A DNA stretch of 64,000 bases, taken from positions 32,001-96,000 of IMG/VR virus record IMGVR_UViG_3300032006_002703; one strand, 5' to 3'. Shown in pieces: positions 57,303 to 64,000 of the stretch; position 1 is the first letter of the stretch, and the number at the start of each line of letters is the position of its first letter. Under the pieces are notes generated by a model. That model was not told the origin of the DNA and did not search any database. It saw only the letters and a list, made by a program, of their open reading frames with translations. This DNA is from a virus. Both the position numbers and the translations under genes were made by a program.

Positions 57303-57844
57303 TGTTTTACTATTGATCTACATTCCTCTATATCCTCGAAGGTATCCCAATTGATTAATTGATCTGCGCACTCCATTAATAGGGGATCGCTTTCCTCTTC
57401 TTCATTGTTAGATGGAGGAAGGAGGGTAGGCTGGCCATCAAGTGAGATTGTCCTTGAAATATGAATTAGTTTCCCACCGAGACTGTGAATCCAGTCTGCT
57501 TCATTTCTATATCTCACATCCGTGACTACAGGCAGTACTTCATCTTTAATATAAGATCTTGCATCTTCTTCAATCTTTTTTATCCAGCAAGATGAGTCAA
57601 GCTTCCTTCTTAAGTGAGTTCCATAGGTTACTAAAAAAGGTCTAATAACTTCCTTTTCCTTTGGGTCGTTAGTAAAAGGAGATATTCCTATATTTTTAAC
57701 TAAAAACTCTCTGCACTCATCCTTGAGTGCATCTGCAAATGCCAACCTGCGGGCACCTATTCTTGAAGAGATAAATGAATAGAAGGTGTCTTTTCCGCTT
57801 CTAGCGACTCCTGAAATTCCTAAGATTGAAGGCTTATGATTCAT
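57272..57844 (-). CDS. deoxynucleoside monophosphate kinase
   Basis: GISGVARSGKDT, AFADALK, YGTHLRR, VTDVRYRNE. Confidence 0.85.
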   Translation of the reverse strand: MNHKPSILGISGVARSGKDTFYSFISSRIGARRLAFADALKDECREFLVKNIGISPFTNDPKEKEVIRPFLVTYGTHLRRKLDSSCWIKKIEEDARSYIKDEVLPVVTDVRYRNEADWIHSLGGKLIHISRTISLDGQPTLLPPSNNEEEESDPLLMECADQLINWDTFEDIEECRSIVKQCLKNLQITN

Positions 57845-58151
57845 CTTCATTGTAAAGATCCAGCGCCTGATCAAATGATTCTGCTAGATCATCCATTCCC
57901 GCCAAGATCAGGACCGCCTTGGTCGGTATGAATGTATAGCTGGCGGAAGTTGTTATCTCTGTAAGTGTTGAGGTGATATCCATACATCCAATTGTAGGGG
58001 ACAGTTGGGTTTTTGTTCCAAATTTCTCAAAAATACTAGAAATTGCTAGTATGCAAGCATCATTTCTTGTAGGAGCCTTTATTGCCATTTCCCAGTTACC
58101 TGAAGTTATGGCATAAAGTCGGTCGGAATCGGATTCTAGTTTTAATATCAT
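57834..58151 (-). CDS. hypothetical protein
   Basis: Start at 58151 follows TTGACA-N17-TATTAT. Confidence 0.55.
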   Translation of the reverse strand: MILKLESDSDRLYAITSGNWEMAIKAPTRNDACILAISSIFEKFGTKTQLSPTIGCMDITSTLTEITTSASYTFIPTKAVLILAGMDDLAESFDQALDLYNEDES

Positions 58152-58158
58152 GGCTCCT

Positions 58159-58187
58159 ATAATACAACATATATCCAATAATGTCAA
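58159..58187 (-). promoter_or_regulatory. sigma70-type promoter TTGACA-N17-TATTAT, 7 nt before ATG
   Basis: Minus strand reads ttgacattattggatatatgttgtattataggagccATG. Confidence 0.72.
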
Positions 58188-58258
58188 GGATAAATTCTGT
58201 TTAAAGATGCTTCTTATCTAAAGGTTACTATTTAAATAATATTTATATTAATACATGA

Positions 58259-58291
58259 TTGAATTTTCACACTACGGCGTTTGAATTTTCA
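58259..58291. repeat. 11-bp direct repeat TTGAATTTTCA x2 (22-bp period) between divergent promoters; possible operator or iteron
   Basis: ttgaattttca at 58259-58269 and 58281-58291, next to an AT-rich stretch at about 58230-58256. Confidence 0.55.
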
Positions 58292-58300
58292 AACTTAGAC

Positions 58301-58329
58301 TTGACAATTTTATTTTAGAATGATAGTAT
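58301..58329 (+). promoter_or_regulatory. sigma70-type promoter TTGACA-N17-TAGTAT (extended -10), 6 nt before ATG
   Basis: ttgacaattttattttagaatgatagtatagaacaATG. Confidence 0.72.
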
Positions 58330-58335
58330 AGAACA

Positions 58336-58647
58336 ATGCAAAAGTTTATAGCTGTTCCATGGAAGATTCAAGAAGACGTGATTAAGGGGAAACTAATAGG
58401 CACCGATCTTGCGGTTTTCATGCACCTCGCCTCAAAATGTGGTCACGGAGAAAGGATATTCACATCGAGAGAGTCCATACAAAAGGCAATGGGAGGGATC
58501 TCCCTCAGTAGAGTTGCAGATAGTTTAGGAAGACTTAATAAGGCGGGTCACATTGAGAGAAAAAGATTAAATGGCACAACCTCAACGAGGTTACTCACGT
58601 TCGTGAAAGACGCAAGACACATCTACATCAAGGGGAAGATAAGTTGA
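58336..58647 (+). CDS. winged-HTH DNA-binding protein (replication-initiator-N-like)
   Basis: DLAVFMHL...FTSRESIQKAMGGISLSRVADSLGRLNKAGHIER pattern. Confidence 0.65.
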   Translation: MQKFIAVPWKIQEDVIKGKLIGTDLAVFMHLASKCGHGERIFTSRESIQKAMGGISLSRVADSLGRLNKAGHIERKRLNGTTSTRLLTFVKDARHIYIKGKIS

Positions 58648-59603
58648 AAATTTCAGTCAGAATGGAAGGCGGTCTAGGAGATCACTTTGCGGCAAACCGC
58701 TTCATACCAGCAATAAGAGAGAGGCATCCAAATTGTACGATAGATTTATTTTCAGACACCGAAGGGAATACGGCTCAGTCAGAAATACTAAATAAAATGT
58801 GGCCATCTCATTTTAATGAAACTTTTATAATCGAAGAAAAAAAATACAAAAATTTCAGAATAAAGTCTACCAACTTTCCAGAAGAGGATCATAGAGGAAA
58901 TATCAAAAATATTCCAGATGATAAATATAAGACAATGACCGAGGAGTACGACAAGTTTTATGATCTTCATATCGATTCACTAGAATGGTTGAACCACGAT
59001 TACGACTGGCTCAAACATTTTTATACTTTTCCGAAGCCAGAAACCTCAGGGAGGTTAAAGGGAGACTCCTGCTGGTTTCCAGAGAAATTCATATTAGCTC
59101 ATTTATACGCAAGAGACGATGCGGATTCAAACATGGAGAGCTGGTACATAGAAAGATTGCTTAAAAATATAACACAAGAATTTGACGTTATCGTACTCTA
59201 TGACGACAAATCAGAAGATCAATATAAGGAGCTCATGAAACAAAAAAATGAAAAGCTTCATTTTATGAGAGAGAGCCTAGTAAACATATTTGATATCGCC
59301 TCAAGATGTTCAGCGATGTTTGGAATTGATTCGGGAATCAGGTTTATACCATACCATTACGGAAAGCCAGTATTTACATTCTCAAAATACTGCAAGGAGT
59401 ACGGCGTTGTTCAGTACTCGTATTTAATTCGATGGCTCTTCAACGACAGGTATGTATTTCCGCTCCATTACGAAGTGACCAGTGCAGCCAAAATTCTAAA
59501 AAACTGCTTAAAAAATCCAGCCTACCGACTCTACCCCCACCTCCTCGACGACATCGAAAGACTTGTCGCCCAGAGAGATATAACAGAATATATAACAGAA
59601 TGA
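58644..59603 (+). CDS. GT9-like glycosyltransferase
   Basis: GGLGD N-terminal motif; FGIDSGIRF (GxDSG). Confidence 0.65.
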   Translation: MKISVRMEGGLGDHFAANRFIPAIRERHPNCTIDLFSDTEGNTAQSEILNKMWPSHFNETFIIEEKKYKNFRIKSTNFPEEDHRGNIKNIPDDKYKTMTEEYDKFYDLHIDSLEWLNHDYDWLKHFYTFPKPETSGRLKGDSCWFPEKFILAHLYARDDADSNMESWYIERLLKNITQEFDVIVLYDDKSEDQYKELMKQKNEKLHFMRESLVNIFDIASRCSAMFGIDSGIRFIPYHYGKPVFTFSKYCKEYGVVQYSYLIRWLFNDRYVFPLHYEVTSAAKILKNCLKNPAYRLYPHLLDDIERLVAQRDITEYITE

Positions 59604-60391
59604 AAGTAGCTTTATGTTTTAGTGGCAAGCTTGGAGACTGGGACCAGTGCACGGATTCCATTCTTCAAAATATAATTACCCCGCTCAAGCCAGATATCTT
59701 TCTAGTAACATGGGATGACGAAGACTATCAAAGCTTCGTGCAATTCTACAAACCAAAAAAATGGAAAACATTTAATTTTAAAGAAAAAAAAGAATCTTTA
59801 GACAATTTAACCTTCGACGTGGTACAGCAACCAAATGCAGGACTTATCCCAATGCTGTATAATCTGCACGCCTGCAGCAGCTTAAGGACGCAGTACGAGC
59901 ACGCAGCCAAAATTAAGTACGACCTAATAATAAGAATGCGCCCAGACTTAATGATCCTTGAGCAAATTAAAAAACATGAAATAGACGATTGCATAAAAAA
60001 CAACATAATCAGATTACCATATTTCGAGAGCACTAATATTTATAATCATGAAGAGGAGATGGCTAAAGAATTTAGCTTCAGCTTTGTATACGACAAAGCA
60101 TCACTACCAGAACAGATAAATGATCAAATAGCAATTGGGCCACACAAAGCTATGCTTAAATACATGACCGCATCAACTCGCGCAAGAGAAGCGATCAACT
60201 ACTTATGGAATGAAGGCTATCCAGAATACATGATCAAGGTGCCAGAATCGGTTTTCACGACTTGCTTAAAATTAAACAACTGCAAATATAAACAACTCAC
60301 AGGAACAAACTCCTTTGGAAACATACAAACCATCCTTCATAAAGATGGCAAAAAATGGCATACAGCAGGACACAACTCAATACAACAATGA
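59600..60391 (+). CDS. putative glycosyltransferase-cluster protein
   Basis: MKVALCFSG...DIFLVTW...YDLIIRMRPDL...NDQIAIG. ATGA overlap places the start at 59600. Confidence 0.6.
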   Translation: MKVALCFSGKLGDWDQCTDSILQNIITPLKPDIFLVTWDDEDYQSFVQFYKPKKWKTFNFKEKKESLDNLTFDVVQQPNAGLIPMLYNLHACSSLRTQYEHAAKIKYDLIIRMRPDLMILEQIKKHEIDDCIKNNIIRLPYFESTNIYNHEEEMAKEFSFSFVYDKASLPEQINDQIAIGPHKAMLKYMTASTRAREAINYLWNEGYPEYMIKVPESVFTTCLKLNNCKYKQLTGTNSFGNIQTILHKDGKKWHTAGHNSIQQ

Positions 60392-61230
60392 AAATATATC
60401 TTTGCGCAATAACACAAAACGAAAAAGAAAATATGGATGAGCTTACTCGAGAAATCCATAAAGATCTAGATGGACTAATTATCGTAGACGGTGGGTCTAC
60501 GGATGGAACTGTTGAGTTAATGAAAAAGCGCGAAGGTAATGGCGCGGTAGTTCATAGAAAATGGACCAACGACCATGACTTTCAAATGAATGAATTCCTA
60601 AGGCAGGGCCCAATGAAAAACGGAGACTGGTTTATCTTAAGAGATTCTACAGAAAGGTTAAATCCTGACTTCACAAAAAAATGTCACGATTTATGCGCAA
60701 GGTTCGACAGAGCAGGAATCCAAACTGTATACGATAGAAGCAAGATCCTAATGGCAAGATACTATGACGATCAATTTTTTCTAGGTTCGCCGCATTGGGG
60801 ATTACAAGGTCAAAGACAGAAGATTATTCGACTAAGTGACGTGGAAGGCTTTGAGGATTCCAACAGTTACGGCTGGACCGTTAGAATAAAGAATAGGTCC
60901 CCAGAATACAATTATCGCCATCAATTAAAATACTATTATGTTTATGGAAGGTCCAATCATATGCTTCTTGGAAATGAGGAAAACAAAGAGGAATACTTTA
61001 GGCTAGAAACGCAAAGACAGAGGTTCAGAAAAATATGCGAAGAAAAATATAAATTAAATCATACAATAAAAGACCTAGAATCTTTTTTGTCAACAAACAA
61101 ATGGCATAAAGATAATGAATTTATAGAAATAATAAACGACGAAAGAATTCTATCAAAATTTTACAGGAACGCTATATTAAATGAAAGCCCCGATAGTATT
61201 AACAGCACACAATCGCCCAGAATACCTTAA
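60388..61230 (+). CDS. glycosyltransferase family 2
   Basis: ITQNE, IVDGGSTDGT, WFILRDSTE. Confidence 0.75.
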   Translation: MKIYLCAITQNEKENMDELTREIHKDLDGLIIVDGGSTDGTVELMKKREGNGAVVHRKWTNDHDFQMNEFLRQGPMKNGDWFILRDSTERLNPDFTKKCHDLCARFDRAGIQTVYDRSKILMARYYDDQFFLGSPHWGLQGQRQKIIRLSDVEGFEDSNSYGWTVRIKNRSPEYNYRHQLKYYYVYGRSNHMLLGNEENKEEYFRLETQRQRFRKICEEKYKLNHTIKDLESFLSTNKWHKDNEFIEIINDERILSKFYRNAILNESPDSINSTQSPRIP

Positions 61231-62086
61231 GTTGGTTATTGACTCTCTAGCTGGTCAATGCGACGACAGGGATACCTTTTGTTTTATAGACGGGCCCCGC
61301 TTCAAAGAGGATGTAGATAAGGTTATTGAGTGTTACGAGATATGTAAGAATGACTTACCCAATGCTCAAACCTTTTGTGCCAACCAGAATTTAGGAGTCG
61401 CCTTCTTAATGAAAGCTGCGAGAGAAAAAGCCTTCGAAGAAAATGACTTCCTGATATTAATAGAAGACGATTCCGTACTTCAACCCCATTACATCAGACA
61501 GCTCGATATGCTTATTGATAAATTTAGAGATGACGAGCGAGTAGCTATGATAAATTGCTTCGGAGAACACCACCGCTCAAAGACATCACATAGGTATTCC
61601 TACATTAACTATACGGATGACCTTGATCTTAAAACCCCCTACAGAGAACAGGAGGAGAATAAAGACAAGTTAATCCTTATGGATCATCTCTGGGCTTACG
61701 CAATGAGAAAAAGTTCATATGAAAAAATATACGATATAATGGAGGGGTACTGGCAGTTGCTACCTCAAGAATATAGAGCCAGGCCGCATCAATTAATACA
61801 TGAGCATATGTCTAAATTTGGAATAGATCCAAATAAAATAGTTTCCAGCCAAGACTCATGTACCTCTTCGGCATTCGCCGCAAGAGGAATGATTAAGCTC
61901 TCGACGTTTACGAATAACTTTGAATATATAGGAGCTACTGGAGAGCATAGCAGGCCAGAGTTCTTCAAGAAGGCGGGTTGGGACGATCAAGATGTCTATG
62001 ACAAATATCAAGACGACTTCATTTGGAACGAAAAAGTTTATTTAGAAATAGAACAACATATAAAAAAGAAATATTTAAAATGTTAA
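61181..62086 (+). CDS. glycosyltransferase family 2-like
   Basis: HNRPEYL, FIDGPR, NLGV, ILIEDD (DxD-like). Confidence 0.75.
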   Translation: MKAPIVLTAHNRPEYLKLVIDSLAGQCDDRDTFCFIDGPRFKEDVDKVIECYEICKNDLPNAQTFCANQNLGVAFLMKAAREKAFEENDFLILIEDDSVLQPHYIRQLDMLIDKFRDDERVAMINCFGEHHRSKTSHRYSYINYTDDLDLKTPYREQEENKDKLILMDHLWAYAMRKSSYEKIYDIMEGYWQLLPQEYRARPHQLIHEHMSKFGIDPNKIVSSQDSCTSSAFAARGMIKLSTFTNNFEYIGATGEHSRPEFFKKAGWDDQDVYDKYQDDFIWNEKVYLEIEQHIKKKYLKC

Positions 62087-62733
62087 AATACGATATATGC
62101 ATGGCAACATGGAATCGGCCCAATGCATTAAAACTAACCCTAGATACCCTGCTATGCAGTGACTTATCACGATGCAACAAAATCTATATTCACGACGACC
62201 ACTCAACCAATCAGGATACACTAGATCTACTAGCTTCGCTTAGCTGCCACGAAAAAATCAAAATATTTAGACAGCCCCAAAACTTAAAGCCTAAAGAAAA
62301 TACAAGCATGTGCATGAAGGCGTCAACAACAGAAGAGTTAGTAATAATAGGATCCGACTCAAAATTCAACAAAAACTGGCTGAATAAAATGCACGAAATA
62401 AAAGAAAAAGCTTCCCGCCTAGGAAACTGGGGAGCAGTAAGCGTTACGAATTTTAAAAATCACAAAGTAATAAAAAAACTCGAAGAAGATTTTGTACTAA
62501 AAAATAGCATATCCAGTTTTGCTACAATGTACAGAAGAGAAATACTCAACATGCTCTACGAGGAGGGCGAGGCAAAGACATGGAAGAGGGGGTATGACTG
62601 GATGTACTCAGATAAGTGCGTAAGCCTAGGACTCCCAATATACTCCACCAACCACTCATATGTAAGCCACGTCCTCCATCAAGGAGAGGGCGGAATACAT
62701 GGACACGTTAAAGAATTTAGCTTCATAGAATGA
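62080..62733 (+). CDS. glycosyltransferase family 2
   Basis: ATWNRP, IHDDHST, GYDW, VSH. Confidence 0.72.
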   Translation: MLKYDICMATWNRPNALKLTLDTLLCSDLSRCNKIYIHDDHSTNQDTLDLLASLSCHEKIKIFRQPQNLKPKENTSMCMKASTTEELVIIGSDSKFNKNWLNKMHEIKEKASRLGNWGAVSVTNFKNHKVIKKLEEDFVLKNSISSFATMYRREILNMLYEEGEAKTWKRGYDWMYSDKCVSLGLPIYSTNHSYVSHVLHQGEGGIHGHVKEFSFIE

Positions 62734-63452
62734 TTCCTAAAAAAATATTTACCTCATTCAAACCTAACCTCGGCGAATGCGAGGAGTGCAGGAGAACTAT
62801 AGAGGAATGGAAAAGCCTTAATGAGAGTTTCGAGGTATTATACTTTTCAGATGAGGAAGTAGGACAATTCTTTAAAGACTACGAACCAGGTAGAATGGCT
62901 TACGATATTCTCAACAACGGAACCTCCATAGCGGATTTCTTCAGGATCTGTTACATACATGCAGAAGGCGGAATATGGGTTGATTTTGACATGGCCCCCT
63001 TCAGTTTACTAAACCATATTAAGGAATCTTACCTAGAGAATGAGAACCTCTTCTTTGATCTAGGCCACAAAAACATAAGCTACATGTTGATATCTGGAGC
63101 AGTAAAGAGTAATCTTTTTCAAAAAGCAGTTGAACAAATTGCTGAAAACATATTTTCCATAAAGGATCAGATTTACGGAAAAAACATATACCCCTCCAAG
63201 GTAGGCAGCGGCTCAGACCTAGACATAACGGGACCACATGCATTTCAAAACTTTATATCAGAAGAATTTGGTATGCGAATATTCGACGGGAACTTCCCTG
63301 GGGACAATTACAAGCGCCATTCTTCAAGCGACATGAATTTCTTCTATACCCCAGTTTATGGACTAACAAAGAAAACAGAAGCCTACAAGCAACTTCAACA
63401 AAAGCATCAACTAAAATATTGGAGAGACCACCTCAAAAGGGAATCAGCATGA
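62730..63452 (+). CDS. GT32-like (DxD) glycosyltransferase
   Basis: MIPKKI, ADFFR...EGGIWVDFD, ITGP. Confidence 0.8.
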   Translation: MIPKKIFTSFKPNLGECEECRRTIEEWKSLNESFEVLYFSDEEVGQFFKDYEPGRMAYDILNNGTSIADFFRICYIHAEGGIWVDFDMAPFSLLNHIKESYLENENLFFDLGHKNISYMLISGAVKSNLFQKAVEQIAENIFSIKDQIYGKNIYPSKVGSGSDLDITGPHAFQNFISEEFGMRIFDGNFPGDNYKRHSSSDMNFFYTPVYGLTKKTEAYKQLQQKHQLKYWRDHLKRESA

Positions 63453-64000
63453 AGACTTCTAAAAAAATAATTAAAATCTTTGGTCTTAAAAGGTCAGGAA
63501 CAAACTATCTGGAATGGATTCTAAAGAATAACTTTAAAGACCTACTCGTCTTCACTAATCAGTTTCAAGAAAAGGGCGGGGTGCCCCAAGAATTATCAAA
63601 CATCCTCGGAGACAATATAGGCAACAAGCACGAAAGTCCAACGCAGCTTATGAGTAAAATCTGCACAGGAGCCCCCCTTACGAAACATGAGAAGGACAGG
63701 CTATTCTCACACGCCTATTTCAATAAAGAAAATAGGCTAGAGGCAGAGAGTATCATCTCAGCAAGAAACGTATACTATATATTCAATACTAAAAATCCAT
63801 TTTCATGGTACGAGAGTTTTTGCAAGTTCTTTGGACACAACATGCACCCGATCCAAAAAAAATATCTAATTAAATATTCTAGCATATACGAGAGCTACTA
63901 CGATTTCCTTGACAAACATGAGGATCGATGCCTAATAGTGAGGTACGAAGATCTACTAAGCAAGACAGAGAACTCCCTTTCCTTAATTTCTAAAAAACTT
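63449..64000 (+). CDS. partial sulfotransferase-like protein (runs off the window)
   Basis: ATG at 63449; GLKRSGTNYLEW (5'-PSB loop), KNPFSWYES, VRYEDLL. Confidence 0.7.
   Translation, partial: MKTSKKIIKIFGLKRSGTNYLEWILKNNFKDLLVFTNQFQEKGGVPQELSNILGDNIGNKHESPTQLMSKICTGAPLTKHEKDRLFSHAYFNKENRLEAESIISARNVYYIFNTKNPFSWYESFCKFFGHNMHPIQKKYLIKYSSIYESYYDFLDKHEDRCLIVRYEDLLSKTENSLSLISKKL

Noticed and set aside
1-64000. Alternative genetic code (stop-codon reassignment)
   Set aside because: Long intact ORFs tile the window in the standard code, and TAA, TAG and TGA all serve as gene ends.
1-64000. Cellular (bacterial) chromosome
   Set aside because: Despite clpC, dnaE, nrdAB and fad genes, there are no ribosomal or other core operons. 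The divergent RecA/primase, T4-like dNMP kinase, portal-like and fibre genes and dense hypotheticals fit a large phage. Not formally proven, since no terminase or capsid gene is in the window.

Overview
This window is best read as part of a large (probably jumbo) dsDNA bacteriophage genome in the standard genetic code. It has a portal-like protein, long tail-fibre/LamG-type structural genes, a phage-style replisome (split DnaE, DnaQ-like exonuclease, DnaB, divergent primase, RecA/UvsX, SSB, dNMP kinase, RNR), a small sigma factor, ClpC and a J-domain protein. No ribosomal, tRNA or CRISPR loci are visible. A Tat-exported DUF1501 protein and a Chlamydia-type RNR point to a PVC-superphylum host (Verrucomicrobiota/Planctomycetota); this is inference. 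Main highlights: (1) an intact, translationally coupled fatty-acid beta-oxidation operon (thiolase, hydratase/3-hydroxyacyl-CoA dehydrogenase, acyl-CoA dehydrogenase) inside the replication region; (2) a two-tier promoter pattern, with consensus sigma70 promoters ending 6-8 nt before start codons (apparently leaderless mRNAs) and a GTGTA motif 9-13 nt before about 12 other start codons; (3) DnaE split into PHP and core genes with a SET-domain methyltransferase and an exonuclease between them; (4) a class Ic (tyrosyl-radical-less, Mn/Fe) RNR; (5) a large glycosyltransferase/sulfotransferase/DUF2827 toolkit next to virion genes; (6) a strand-composition switch near 58.2 kb. All family calls come from motifs recognised by eye; no database searches were run.
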